From: Lytechinus pictus
Taxonomy: Eukaryota
Assembly (NCBI RefSeq): GCF_037042905.1
Contig: NC_087251.1
Span: 4,776,001-4,840,000 of the forward strand
Direction of reading: 5' to 3'
DNA: 64,000 bases
Within the stretch, counting starts at the first letter, position 1, and the number at the start of each line of letters is the position of its first letter. The position numbers and the translations under genes were made by a program. The notes under the pieces were generated by a model that had not been told where the DNA came from, did not search any database, and was given only the letters and a program-made list of their open reading frames with translations. Of this stretch, positions 1 to 14,050 are shown piece by piece.

Positions 1-148
1 GGGACCGTTTCATCAACTGTTTTGTCCGACAAGTTGTCAGATCTGACATCTTGCTTGATTTTGATTGGCTGAGAAGCACAGTTTCTATGGTAATTGTCGG
101 ATAAAATGGGACTTGTCGGATAAAGTCTTTTCATGTAACGCTCCCCAG
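1..148. mobile_element. MITE with GGG(A/G)CCGTTTCAT-type ends; same family as 22116-22288
   Basis: gggaccgtttcat ... ttcatgtaacgctcccc inverted ends; shares the gattggctga/ctatggtaa core with the copy at 22.1 kb. Confidence 0.65.
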
Positions 149-249
149 ATTTATCGTGGTCTGACCATGGACCTATAACCAATCAGCGGTGGCAACTGCA
201 AACTATATCCCTTAACATTTCCCAATAACTCCCGTCCCCTGACATACAG

Positions 250-429
250 GTGGTAGTCCAGGACCAAGAGACCCAACAGAGTATGGTGGTAGCTAACCTA
301 TCCGAGGGAAACTACTTCGGTGAGATCAGTCTACTCAAGCTTGATGAGGGTCAAAACAGGAGAACAGCTGATGTCGTTTCGCTTGGATACTCAGAATTAC
401 TCTGTCTCTCCAAGAAGGACCTCATGCAG
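250..429 (+). CDS. Cyclic nucleotide-gated cation channel (alpha/CNGL-like), exon encoding the CNBD beta-roll; gene is 5'-truncated by the window edge
   Basis: cag|GTG acceptor, CAG|gttggt donor, 180 nt. Translation NLSEGNYFGEISLLKLDEGQNRRTADVVSLGYSELLCLSKKDLMQ has the CNG-type FGEISLL...RRTA...GYS.L.CLSK.DL signature. Confidence 0.93.
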
Positions 430-757
430 GTTGGTGCATGGTTCGAATCTCACAAAATTGTCAAAAAAAGGAAAATGATAAAGTTTCGACTGCTGGATAC
501 ATTTTAGTATACGTCTTATTTTATGCCAGTCCCACATTAATTGCCCTGCAGAATATTTGGTGAAGCCTATCTTCAGACTTACAGAAATTTCTACAGGCGG
601 TGGAATCACATACAATTTTTATTCATGTTTTGCTTATAAATTTTTTCTCGTGAGATATATGTTACATTCTAAAAAAAGAAATAAAGAAATTCATCATGAC
701 ATGACGCTTGTTTCCATGGTTACACGATTTTTATCTATATATTTGTTTTTTCTTCAG

Positions 758-840
758 GCGCTGGTAGAATATCCGGATGCAAAGAAAGTATTAGAGAAAC
801 ACGGGAGAGATCGGATGGAGAAAAACAAAGAGGCGGCAAG
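758..840 (+). CDS. CNG channel exon: CNBD B/C-helix (ALVEYPDAKKVLEKHGRDRMEKNKEAAR)
   Basis: Polypyrimidine tract plus cag|GCG; AAG|gtaaat donor. Continues the previous exon in frame; the EYPDAK motif is typical of CNG alpha subunits. Confidence 0.92.
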
Positions 841-1049
841 GTAAATTAATTAGTGAATTTCTTATTTTGTTTTCATCAACGAGTCCTTGCCGAAACTAGA
901 TGATTTAAATTTACTTTTTCTATCTGATATATGTTTGTTAGATATATATCGGCCGTAAGTAGATCACGAAGAAATTAGAATTTACAAACATTTACGATCT
1001 GCGCGACTTTGTGAAAATGATAGAAATTGATTGTACCGATCAACTGGGA

Positions 1050-1330
1050 TGCAATACCATTCCCCATTCAGGACTGATGCTATAAACTATCATCTCTTTT
1101 TTGATATATTACTTTATATAATACTGTTATCACTTTATACGTTTGTATTTTAACAATATCATATGGACTGATGATTGTATAATTATGTATTATCACCATT
1201 GATTGTTTTTAATTGTATATAATTGTATTGTTTGTTATCCAGGGCCTCATGGAAGATCAACTTTTGTTGAATGAGCTACCCTGGTGAAATATGAATAAAT
1301 AAATAAAAAAAAAAAAAAAAAAAAAAAAAA
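1050..1330 (+). mobile_element. 3' end of an L2/CR1-group LINE remnant
   Basis: T-rich UTR, terminal stem-loop ccagggcctcat...atgagctaccctgg, then aataaataaa and poly(A). A similar end occurs at ~49060-49135. Confidence 0.55.
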
Positions 1331-3784
1331 TGCCAATATAATGTTGCAGAAAGAGAAGATGTACTTTTAAATGTCTCTAAATGGATTGTGTTATGATTCA
1401 CTATACTTTAGACAAAGGTGATGATTTATTTCAAATATTGATTTTAGTGGCTCTCGCTTTGCTCGCTTGTCAATTATCTGGAAGGAAGCCAATCAATAAA
1501 AAAAAAGATGAATGAAAAAATGCTAACAGAATAACAAAATATTCGCAAATTTTGATTTGATAATCTATATAGTTTGAAGCTACATAGTTTTTCATGGGGC
1601 AACGGCCACAAACCTTTCTTGACTGCAGAATCAATCCACGATTATTACAATGATAAAACCAACAATAATATATATTTCAGATAGTAGAGAACAGATATAC
1701 ATCATCGTATCGGGTCGCTAAAACGGGACACAATCTACTTGCTCTTTTTGGTAAATTAAAGAGTGAGTTTACATTGGGACGTTGCCTCTCACTATGTCTC
1801 ATCCCCTACCCTAGCATTCAATCGAGATGTTTATTATGGAATAAACAAAACCCACTGCATCTTGCCTCAATTCAAATCTCTAATTGCTATTGCTCTGTAA
1901 TTCATCGCTACTATGATCGTCCTACCGTCAGTTTTCTCGATCAAGAATTGGGGACATCGTGTTGTAAACTAACGAGCAGGTAGATGACAAAAGGGATAAA
2001 ATGGTATTGGTAAACGTAAAAACAGAACTACACCCCCGGTGTGATTAGGAGTATATATTGAAAAGTTGGATGTCATTCTCGACTCTATACAGATGAGAAC
2101 ACTGCATCAATTTTTCGTTCTGCCCCCCCCCCGTATCAACGTTAGTAAAATATAGAATAGTTCAGTATTTGAAGTAAAAAGTAGAATTTCCAAAGAGCAA
2201 ATATTAGGTGCAAACACTCACATCTATTCTCTCCAATAATGTTGAAGAGAATAGATACATGGAAGGCTGTTTCATTGATGATTTGCAATAGGAAGAGCGC
2301 TTAACACCTAAAATCTAGACACAAAACATCCAGGTACTTTATCGGGAGCAATTATAATTGTTATTTGGCTATTCAAATATATGATTTTCATAATATCATT
2401 GAACATAAAATAGGCCTATTGACGGAGGCAATGTAATGTGGTTTGATCATTGTGGAAAGTGTGAGTTTATTCCGTATACTTCTTTTTTATATTTTCAAAC
2501 TTGATTATCAAAATAGGTTCAATCGCACTCTCATCCATCAAATTAGCAGTGAACTATCTATCATGATAGACATTTGATGCTCGCTCGTTGTTCAAAGAAT
2601 CTTTCTTTTTGGAAATTCATTTCACAGCACGCACAGACAGATAACAGGATACAGTTTCGCTGATCGTTATTTTGACTGCTTGATAAAGTAGTATATCCCA
2701 CACAAATCGTTTGAGATTAAGGTTGAAATGTCAAAATAACATTTATCATAAGCATTGAAGAGATTCAATTGAGTGAATGTCACGTTCAACACAAACCAAT
2801 CATGGTGTTTTTCTTCTGTCGAGAAAACATTGATATTAACTACTCTTGTGTTGTGTCGTATATGATAAACGTGAATCAATGATCGGTGATTAAATTCAAA
2901 TGATGTATGCCAAAGTAGAGAGATGTGGTGATAATATCAATGAGTATTGTGTGGTTTCCAATTGAATGAGAAATAGAGAGATTGTGTTGGAAAGAGGAAT
3001 TGCAGGATTACAAGTTTGGTTATTTTGGCCCCATAAACATGTTTATGAATAACTGATTAAGACTCTATAGTGTAAATAATCTTTCTGCCATTTACGATTA
3101 TTTTAATGGGAGTTTGATGTCACATTTCTATTTTCATTTAAAAGTGAAAATATTACAAGACATTATTCATTTAACCCCCTCCTCATAATGACATAATGTT
3201 ATTTAAATTACGACTCGATTTTTATCTGAATTAAGAAATATAGTCTGCATTTTGTAGGATTGCATCTCCTGCTTTACAATGTTAAGTCTATTCAATTGTG
3301 TACCCACTTTTTATTCTGTTGATGTAATCTGGAATCTGGTATTGACATTTGACTGTTATTGCACATTTTGCTAATTTACCAAAAAAGTGCCGTAACAGCG
3401 ACCAAATCAATTTTCCAATAAATTTGAAATAAATTTTGAATTCGAAAAATAATGTGTTTGAAATAAAGGCCCCAATACCAGTCTTTTTACTCCGCTGATG
3501 CTGATGCTTTACTATACAAAAACTGTACTACTATTTTATTTTCCTTCACGTATTTTTAATTTTTAAGTTTTTATAGTCAGATTTTCGACGAGGAAAATAT
3601 CGACCGATTCTGCTGCCATGGTCGACTTGTGGGGGGGGGGGGGGCTCTCATATGGGCTTACATAGGGCATTTATAAAACCATGGATCTGCCGATGAACTT
3701 GACCATTATTTTTCAAATTTAATTCAAGACCTTTACTAAATTTCATTTCACCCCCTATATCTCATCGCTCTCCATCAATGTTAG

Positions 3785-3975
3785 AATGCAGCGGAGGAAA
3801 TCGGAGGCTACCCTTCAGGTTCCTGATGCTTCAAAACTCCTTGATGAAGGTACCAAAGATGGTGATGGAACCAATGACAACCCGGGTACCATCACAGGAA
3901 CAGGTGGTGGTAGTAAAGACCAAACCATCAAGCAAACAGCGGTTACTGGTATACTCACCAGGATGATTGATAAAA
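3785..3975 (+). CDS. CNG channel exon: post-CNBD linker (MQRRKSEATLQ...TRMIDK)
   Basis: ttag|A acceptor completes the phase-2 Arg codon; AAAA|gtaag donor (phase 1); open frame. Confidence 0.8.
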
Positions 3976-5124
3976 GTAAGAATGCTCTCAATAAATTAAT
4001 ATGGCGATGAAAATGTGAGGGGGGGGGTAAGAAAGGTATGAAAAACGAATATTATGCCAGCTGCAAGAAATCTTTGTCTAAATTACAAATGTTGGAACCC
4101 GAACCACTCTTCCCATAAGAAATACTGTCTGTAGTAACCAAACTGAATCGACTTACTTTAGATACAATGTATTTAAATTCGTGCATTTAGATTTAAAGAG
4201 CGTTTGCAATTAGTCTTAGATTAAACCATAGGCCTAAGGTGTGAAAGTATATTTACCAATAATGGAACTCGCGGCATTATAAGCTAATTCTGAATAGACG
4301 CTGTCTTTATGGAAATCTGTTAAATCTAACTAATCCAATCTTCATCTGATAAGCATTTAACTTCGTGAGGTTCTTTTAAATATAATCCTCCTACCAAAAT
4401 GAGTTTTCACACGTCTTGCTTGTTACAAATTAACTCTTCGATGAAAACTTCTGCAAATTCGTCTGATTGACATTTCATTATTTATGTTGAATTTATTCCC
4501 TTTCCACCCACAATGCTACGCTTAGTTCTGGCTGATTACAGACACCAATGTGCAAATTGGTATGTCGTTTGATTCCAAAAGTCTTATTTCTCGGACCAGC
4601 GTTTAACAATCAATAAAGATCTGGCCATTGGAATTGAAGGTTTTTAAATCTGATAATTGTAGGCAATTCAATCGCAATTCTGTCCATTTTCAACTTTAGG
4701 GGGCTAGCGATATTCTTTTCAATTAGATTCTCCATAACATTCACCAACAATCAATTATTGGAAGCTGATTTCAAGCATTGTATGTTATTTAAATATTTCG
4801 GCTTGACCTAATCCTTTAATTTCGAGGTTACAATAAAGTCTGTCTCTTGTTTCCGGAATGATAGGAAATTAGCCATGTTTAACAAAAAGACAGATAAGTC
4901 AAATCTTTGGTAGCTTAATTGATTCTCTAATTCATGACGATCATTCCCTCTCCATCGCCATGTCTTTCTCTTATTTCTCTCTTCCTTATCAATTATTGTC
5001 TTTCTCATTCTTCAATTTTTTGCACTTTCTCTGTTTTTCTCTTTCCCTCCCTCCCTTTGCTCTCTCGCAACTTCATCCCCTTGGTAATTCTTTTTGGTAT
5101 TATTATGTTGCTCTCTATGTTCAT

Positions 5125-5286
5125 CTGGGCGCCATAACACAAAGGTTAGCGATTAACCGCTAAATGAAATGACTAATCAAGATCATCGTTGCATGCGCAT
5201 TTTTCTAAGTAGACTGACTATGAACCAATCAGAATTGTCCTTTGAAATTAGCGATCAATCACTAACCTTTGTGTTACGGGACCCAG
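5125..5286. mobile_element. ~160-bp MITE; second copy in opposite orientation at 59347-59508
   Basis: TIR taacacaaaggttag / ctaacctttgtgtta; internal sequence shared between the two copies. Confidence 0.8.
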
Positions 5287-6166
5287 GTCATGTATGAGCT
5301 AGTAACGTGGCTGTGTTCTGGGCCCTCTTTTATCCAGTATCTGTTTTATTATTTCACACCGATTCTCTGTTGATATTCGTTCAATAAAGCGATGCAAAAA
5401 CAAACGTAGACCATTTCCCATGTTCTGCCTAATTCCCATCCACCATGCCATTTCACAAAATAATAAGTTAAGAAATTTGATATACAACCAAAATAACGGT
5501 ATTTCCAGCCCTGATTCATCCCGTTCGTGTTCTTGTGCCCCGGTTTTTTGCTGCTCCTCCTTTTGGTAGTGATATCTCTTGTACTGTTATATCCCTTATA
5601 TAGTGGTAAGCATAGTTTCTTCGTCCTGTTATGATGTTATACATTAATTAAACGAGGCAACGCGGTATCAATCCATCCCTCATCATTGTGCTAATTGTTT
5701 TTCGATAAATCCTCTAGTCTGAATCATATACGGTCGCCGTAAAAGATCAAATAAAAAATGAGTCATCGACCGTTCTGCACACGTTCGTGTTTTCTGATTA
5801 GGTGGGTGTTAGGGTAGCACACAATCGATGGGGGAATGAACATTAACATGGTGTAATTTGTCAGACTGCATTGTGTTGAAGGTTATCATCGTTAAGTTTA
5901 GTTTTAAACAATGGGGTTGTTTATAGTTTTGAAATTTCATTATTGATTCATGGATGATGATTTTAATTGAATGTTGTAAGGTTCATTCTCCTGATATGAG
6001 ATGATCTGATTTTGGATAATTAATTGCCTCTCTCTGCCGATAGTTCCATACTACTATCTAATGAGTAAAATATGTGCTGTATAAAGAAATAATCTTAGTG
6101 GTACTGGTAAGCCCGTTCTTATATTCTACTAAAACCATTTTAAAATTATATTTTATTTCTTTAAAG

Positions 6167-6225
6167 CAAAAGAGACGAGTGAGCTCAGACATATCATAAA
6201 CGAGCTTCGAAAATTTGATAGTCTT
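6167..6225 (+). CDS. CNG channel small exon (59 nt; TKETSELRHIINELRKFDSL)
   Basis: ttttatttctttaaag|CA acceptor, CTT|gtaagt donor. Phase 1 to 0 exactly bridges the flanking exons. Not in the ORF track. Confidence 0.75.
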
Positions 6226-6384
6226 GTAAGTATACACTAATACACGGTACCTTAATGTAAGATATTATGTACAAATTGTTTTAAGATGCAGAAAGATTAT
6301 TGTAGACAATGCACCACAATAGCACTGCCACAATGATAAGATACTCCAGATGTTTGATAACATTACCTTTAAACTAATTGAAGC

Positions 6385-6429
6385 CATTGGCGTATAAATG
6401 GGGCGGGCTTTGAATCATGCCCCCCCCCC

Positions 6430-6471
<42 letters not shown>

Positions 6472-6616
6472 TTCAGTACCAAAAAATAAGGAAATTAGAA
6501 AAAAGAAAAATAAAGGATCTCGGTCGTTTTGCTCGGTTTCAATAAAAAAAAAGAGATTTTGCTCCATTCAACATGTTTGACACCCTAAAATATATATGTG
6601 GCTCATTATGCCACTG
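6385..6616. mobile_element. CAGTGGCGTA-type MITE with C- and A-tracts (related copies at ~53592-53800 and 55321-55576)
   Basis: cattggcgta ... tatgccactg inverted ends. Confidence 0.55.
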
Positions 6617-6720
6617 TTAGAAAGAGTTGAATATGTGAGATCTAATTTCATTTTACCATGGCAGCTTGCCAGAAATTAATTGGCAATGTGTTTTATTTTC
6701 ATTCTTTTATTTCGTTTTAG

Positions 6721-6756
6721 GCAACTAAGCAAAAGGTCACAGAGCTTTCTAAACGG
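6721..6756 (+). CDS. CNG channel micro-exon (36 nt; ATKQKVTELSKR)
   Basis: Strong pyrimidine tract plus ttttag|GCA; CGG|gtaaga donor; phase 0-0; fits the coiled-coil pattern. Confidence 0.72.
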
Positions 6757-7415
6757 GTAAGATTTCCTTTTTGGTTTTTGCCCATCTTAAGTACAGTTAA
6801 AACATTACTCTCTGCAACTGTTTGTGTTCTGATAAATACACGAACACACAAATTGAAAAACACACCATTCTTTTGAATCACGTTCATCTACTTGCTGTAT
6901 AGGTGTAGAGCCTTTTCACTGTCTTGATTAATTCTTTGCCTGTTTAGACGAAGCATCGCAATGGATAAAACGTCTTGGTTTTCATTCATCATGGCCGCTA
7001 TCAGCAGATAGAAAGTGCCATCGCATCTCGTCGATGTTCCATTTTCCTAATAGAAAAGCGATTTCCGAGCGTACATCACCTATCCTTCCTAACCCCTAGC
7101 GAGTGATTGCCTATCTGCATTAAACGTATTTCCCGGCGTTCTATTTTAATTGCACTTGGAACGAGCGCCCGTGCTAGACTTCTCAAGTTTCACACGCAGA
7201 CGATCTCCGAGTCCAATGTCGAATAAAAACAGCTTCGATCCCAAACCAATCAACTTGATGAAAGTCGAGGGAGATTTTGGAGGAGCTCATTTTAAAATCT
7301 TCTCATAACAACCCCTGTCTGCAATCAGGCCAATTTTCTTTCAATTTCCACTTTACCCTGATATTGGTTTCACTTGTTTTACTGTCTCGTTGTTTTCTCT
7401 TCTTTCTTTTCTCAG

Positions 7416-8018
7416 TGTGATGACTTAAAGACGCAGCTTGAGGAACGTGACGCAGAGTTGAAGCGCGCTCTTCGACGAATCAGCGAACTTGAAAGTCGCG
7501 TGGCGGGAAAATTACATCACGGACATTTCGGGCGTGTAAATGGTAACCACCATACAAGAATGAACCTAGGTCGCTTGGCATTTAAAAACTTAAGACATGG
7601 TGGAAGTGTTGAAAGCAGTGACAATGATTCTTCAAGCGTGTGGGCAAGTTTTGATGCAGAAGACAGTGGTCCGAGGATCCTTATTACACTTTCATCTGAA
7701 GAAAAGTCGGGATCCTTAAACAGCGGGAACGGGAGAACACTAAACGGGAGAACGAGAACTATAACCGTTCCCGGTATTTGCCTGAATGGGGTTATGCAAC
7801 AAGAGCCGTCTGAGTATCAATTGATTGGTTTCGTTGGTAATGGCAATGGTATCTATAGTGATGATGGACTAGAAGAGGAAGCAGCAAGACTTGGAAGAGA
7901 GTTATTATCAGAGAAAAGTGATTTATCATCTCGTAGTTATCTCGATTCCAGTAGGATGTCAGCTGATCTTACTGATGCATCATGTTATAGTGATAACTCA
8001 ATTGACAGTGACTTCTGA
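7416..8018 (+). CDS. CNG channel terminal exon: C-terminal leucine-zipper coiled coil and acidic Ser-rich tail
   Basis: tctttcttttctcag|TGT acceptor; heptads CDDLKTQLEERDAELKRALRRISELESR; 200 codons to TGA at 8016-8018. Confidence 0.85.
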   Translation, partial: CDDLKTQLEERDAELKRALRRISELESRVAGKLHHGHFGRVNGNHHTRMNLGRLAFKNLRHGGSVESSDNDSSSVWASFDAEDSGPRILITLSSEEKSGSLNSGNGRTLNGRTRTITVPGICLNGVMQQEPSEYQLIGFVGNGNGIYSDDGLEEEAARLGRELLSEKSDLSSRSYLDSSRMSADLTDASCYSDNSIDSDF

Positions 8019-11000
8019 ATATTTATCATTCTTCCCAGTCACATTTACAATATTCATTCTACATGTTATTTGAACATTTTTTTCAATAAATTGAATTATA
8101 ATATTTGAAGTTTACAACTACATGTATGATGATACAAAAAACGGGAGGAATATTTGTTTTATAAGTTTACCATTGTAATGGTAAATAGACTTTCCTCAAT
8201 CTTTAATTGAATGTTCATATACAAATACACTTTGAATTAAAAGGTGCAAACATAAAAAACAGATATCAGAAGTAAAATAATTTAAAAATAGTTGTCGAAT
8301 TAGGTGCCCTCCAAAATACTAACACACTAACGACCACGTCATGTTAAGTGATAAACCGGTTCCAGTTAAAAACAAAGCGACTTCATAAATTTACACTTAC
8401 TAACAAACTTTATATTTCTTTCTGGTCTACAAATGAGGTACAATCGTTTATCATTTTGCCAACTTAATATATTCAACAATATCGGCAGTAATGTGTATTC
8501 ATTTAAGTGTTTATTCCTGTAGATATATTCAAATATTGTGGTATTATTATTTTTATGAAATCATTTTGATACACCTACTTGTCATTCTATTCATTAAGGT
8601 CAGAGTTAACAGTCTCTGATTAGATGAAAACATTTTTTTAAATATTCCAAATGTCTGCCGAAAATCATTTTAAGGATAAAACTTATGATAGTTCTTTGGA
8701 TATTAGAATGCCCTAAAGGGTACTATAGATGCAGATTGTCGATCTAAAATACATTTTTAAGGACCTCTGTTTTGCAATAGGATTGGGAATGTCTAAAGTA
8801 ACGATACTTTAATTTCGTAGTGCCATTAAGATATCAATAAGAATGAATGACAATTTGATGGAACTTTGTTATTTACTGTCTATAATCAAATAAAATATTT
8901 TTGGGTATTTTCAATCAGGTCGAGCAAATATTAATTTGGATAGTTTGGGCTATTTTTCTTGATACTCTTGAGAGCATGAAGGATTTGGGTACGATATTTT
9001 GGGTGCTCTATTCATCTTGTGTGCAGTTAGTCTCAGTTCCATTATGTTTTGCCTCACTGAACTTACTATTCGGTCAAAATACAAACAAATAAAGTGTCCA
9101 AAAGCAAGTGTCAGACCAAATTAAGTTCCACCTAAACACGCTAAATGTCAAGTTTAAGTACGGATTTCTCATGGGGAAAATATATTTTTGGTCACGATCA
9201 TTATGATACTGAAATGAATTAATATCTAGTTTAGATTTCAGCAAATGATACACATCTCATCTCTGTATTGGGAGAGTTTAGATTTAATTGGTCAAAATAT
9301 AAACATTTATTTCTCTATTACTCTATATCAACTTAACGAACTTTACATTGACGTTTTATGTGATGAGTACTGTACCAGTGATGTTGCTTCAAAATTTGCA
9401 TAATTTCTGCAGTTGTCTTCTCATGACCTTTAATCCGGTTCACATTGACTATGAAAACCGTTGGTGTTCATAATATATTGAGATTGAGATATTTTGCCAT
9501 CCGATTTTATTCATCATGATTATGGTGTTGGCAGAGGATTCAGTTTGTAATCTTTATACGTTGAAATTTGAAGTAAACTTTATCAATTTGATCGTAAAGA
9601 GTCAGTTTACACGTTAAAAGGTTCCAACATTCAACAGTGTCATTTACAAATGGGGCTACTGTCATTGATAACCATAATAACACATTGTGAAGGCCATTGC
9701 TTATTAAGACCATGATGATTGTATCTGAGGTGTACTAACCATTACCTCATTAAGGACAAGTCTTATGTCTCTTGTTTAATATATGTTGGTGTAAATTTTT
9801 AATGTTTATTGTTTTCGTGTTAAAATGTTTATTATGAGATTGTGCAATTAACTGATTTCACCTGCACCTGCGAACTGTGACCTCCGTCCTATGAATGTTA
9901 ACCAGATTCATTTTGTAAATGTCTATCTAGGCTTTTGTGCTTACCTCCAAATTATTATAATTCGAATATTCTATTCTTAAAACAAAAGTGATAATAAATT
10001 CGATGCAGTATTGCTCATTACATTATGTTGTGTCTCTTCGTGATTATTGTAAGTAAACTACGAAATCACGCGATGACTCACATCGGTCATCATTTTTTTT
10101 TTGCTGACAGAACGTGAAAGTTATGAAGGTAAATTTATATCTAATATACACTTTATTCATTATTATGACTTCTCTTCCTTTCATGGAAATTGTGTTTCAT
10201 TTTAGCACTGTTAAGATGAAAGAGTGAAGTAAAACTTTTACTGCCAGATCTGCAAATTGATATGAATCTATTCATAGTCCATGTTTTGATTAGTATTAAG
10301 AGAAAGTCAACAAGCTTAAAAGTGTCATGCTTTTCCAACAAATTTATTTAATCTACTACACAGCTTTTCACCATTTCCATTGGGCCTACCGTCTTTATTA
10401 ACTTGTTAAAGACGGTATGGTCTGATGGAATCGTTGAAAATGAACTAGATAAAGGATTTTTTTTGGGGGGGATAAAGAATGACAATTTCAACTTTGAACT
10501 TTTTCAAGGACAATTTTTATTGTACCAAAATTTGATGTGATGTGATGTAACACAATTTAAAAGAAACCTTTAATTATTATACAGGCTTAGTAACACAATA
10601 AAAAATATAACAAATGATTACAGAATTGTCGAATAATAATTCATGAAAACCTTTATGTCAACAAGGTGAATCTGGTTTCACTAAATCTCCGAAATTTTCA
10701 TCTTGAAAAGTTTTGATAGAGTGTATCGGTTTGAGAGGGCGGGCGCCATTGTGAAAGCAACCATTGTCTTGAGATGCCTCTCTTGATTATAAGATTGATG
10801 TTCGACAATAGTCCCTAATTGACCTTAAAATGTGAGGGGTATATATCAAAGGGCTACACCCTGCTGAGATGGTGAATAATCTTGATCCGACCAGAGTAGT
10901 TCAACACTATGATACAGCCAACTAGCGGCATACTCAAGGCATTTATGGCGGGATATGGCGGCATCCACAAGGCATATCTCATGGTATTATCTGTCTCGGA

Positions 11001-14000
11001 ACATCTTAAAGATGGAACTTTTGTAAATGAAAAATCCATAGTCGAGTTTTGATGACATAATGAATTGAGGAAGCAGTTGCCAACAAGTAAAAGAAACGCG
11101 TCTCTTTTTGTGAATTGTTCGGCACCCCGGCCTTGCCGATGAGCAAACTGTCGGCGAAAAAAAAACCTTAATTAGTGCACATGTGAAGGTCAGTTAGTCA
11201 TGATATTAAAAATTAAAATTGATTTTTATCACCATCCTCATCACCATGGCCATGACAGCTAATGAATTTTAGTTTGCGTCTTATTTTCTGTTTCAGAGGT
11301 GAACGGGCCTGTGAGGTCGGAGGAATAGAAATTCGAATGTTTAGGTCTAGTATGTCTATTCCAGTTATGATTGGTGATGTGTTTATATCATTAATAGACG
11401 GGAAGAAACAAGAACTTTATTTTTTTGTTTTATCTTCTTCCTTCACTTCCTAGTGCATAAATAAAAGAGAGCTAAACTTTCCTGCAGCTCCTGTACAAGA
11501 AAATCTTCAAATATTGTCTCGATTTGTCGAAGTGAATTCTTGCAAAAATAGCTGGTACATCGAACTTAGGTGTTAATGCGTAGGATGAAGGGAAGGGGTA
11601 TATACGTCGTGTGTTACCAACATTTACTTACTGATACAAACATACTATCGTAATGACAGGTCCTAGAAGCATAAAAATATGATTAAAAAATCGCACGATA
11701 TTTGAAAATGTTCCCAATTTATGATTTTAAATTCTTCAGAACGGTGATTCCCATTCCATATAGCGTAAGAAATTCTAAAATCGGTTCCCTTGTTCATATT
11801 ATTACACGAAAGTGACTCTTTAAGATGTTCAAAGTATAAATAAATTGAGGGAGGCTTGAAATGAGTGGTATCTTCTTTTTAATGGATAACGTTTATCCAA
11901 GCGTTATAATTTCACAAGGATGTGTTCATGTCTTGATCGATGTGTGTTGATTAATCAAATGATTCCGACGAATTCAGATAATTCTATTGATCTTTCCATC
12001 ATAGCCATTCCAACGACTTTTTTTAAAGTCAGTAAGTAGCTATTTCTCATAACGATAAATCGTTCTGATATATCACTTTACAATAGAAAATATGACTATG
12101 TCTACTTAAATACATTGTAATACTTCACTCCCTTACTTTTCCACTATTCGCCACTACTCTAGAATGAAAAAAAAATCAAAGCAATACAGAACTGAATATC
12201 AAGTGTTTACTTTTCAAATGAGCTTAATAAAGGTGCATTATAATATGCTACACTATAGTTTAGGAAAGCACAGCGGCTAGTGAAAGATATCATGCAGAGA
12301 CCCTTGTTCATTTTGTGTTCTATTTTTCGTTTCATCTTTTCTTGTTGGGTATGAAGTGATCATCTACTATTCTTTCTATCTAGGTTTAATCCAAGCCGGT
12401 GGCCTTACTTGACTAACGTGTCAATTGTTAGGTATGAATACCCCCTGATGAGGCCGTTCAATAAAGACACTCCTCACTTTAAAAGGTTCTTCGAGCGAGG
12501 CGCCGCCTTCTTCATCGAAGATCTTCGAAGTGAAAAGAATAAGAAAGAGATTGAGGGAGATATGAAAAGAACATCGTAAAATGGGAGGAGGTGTCATCTG
12601 ACATTATGCGATCTTGACAAAGATAATTAGATGGCGCCCCATTCTACGATTCATCCTACCCACACCAACAATAGATCTTTTCTTCAAGCTCCTTCTAACA
12701 GTACCTCCCCAAATGGGATTTTACTTTAGTTCTTTTAAGTCCACAATGTCCACTACTTATCCAATTAGGCACTCATCCTAATGAACTGACCAACTTGGCT
12801 ATTGTAAAGTCCAGTTCTTACCCAACCCCCTCCAGCCCTGGTCCTCCTGAAGAAATACTTATTTTAGATCGTTGTTTACGCACTGGTTCACGAGATAATA
12901 ATCCTGTCATTCCCTTTTCTCTTTTTTTTTATCCAAATACTGTTTGGTCCCCTCCTTTATATAATGAATTGGTCTTTCAAGTAATCATTACCCTCATGAA
13001 TACCAAGTGTTTATATCACGGAGGAATCTAAACAACTATTACCGGTTTTGATGATTTCCTTAAGCTTTTAACGTTTCTTGTTATTTTGTAGACTTTCCCC
13101 TCCCTGTTCGCTAGCCTTTTGGTTATTTTATACAGTAAAAAACCCCTGGGTATATTAGCCACATAAATACTCGTGAGAAATCGAAACTACTGCATTGAAT
13201 ATAATTATTAGCATAATTGTGGGATCTTAAACCCACAGAGACTCGCTTCATTTGCAACTTACGTCGTAGTCGTTTTGTAAATATATTACATTGGTTCTAT
13301 TTGCAGATATTAGACCATGACATTATACCACCATCGATACAAAATCATTTACATAAATACATGAACATAAATGGAAGAACAATCGCCAAACATTTACAAT
13401 AAAAAATCACTATAAACTGGCCAAGAAGTTATTATATACAGTTATGCTCAAAACTCAGTGAACCCCGCCACGAAATGCACTCCTTCATGCTGAATATTGA
13501 ATGTAAACAACGATACAATGTTCGGCAAGCCCGGTGAAACAAACTTTATTGTATGTACCTAAATTCACAATTAAATATTTTCATTTTCTGGTGCAGTTCA
13601 TTAATATTTGAGCACCACCATAACCACTGTATATTCAAAATGAAAACACTTTCCCTTGATCATTTCCGTGTTTAATCCAGTATGAATGTTACTTTTGAAA
13701 TGTATAGTCATTTTAAAATTGAACCATTTCACTTTGTAAGAGGCAAATTACATTGAGAAGCAGGGGAGACGAAAAATATTTGTTTGTTCGTATTAGCTTG
13801 TATAACATTGTCATGATCTACTCAATCTTCCCCACTGCCAAACATGCCTACAAAAGAGAAAAAACGCCCCAAAGACTGACACGTTTTTACAATTGACACA
13901 CTGTTTGATTCGTTCACAAACACGGAAGCTTAAATCGTATGCATGTTAATTGGTAAAGTTTATTTCGAAGGTACAACAATGATACTGGCCAGGAATCACA

Positions 14001-14050
14001 ATATTACGTTCGTTTCTTTTACACATGTACAATCTACTGTTTCGTCCGTC

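Noticed and set aside
12445..12470. Hammerhead ribozyme (CTGATGAGGCC)
   Set aside because: No closing stem II or GAAA box follows.
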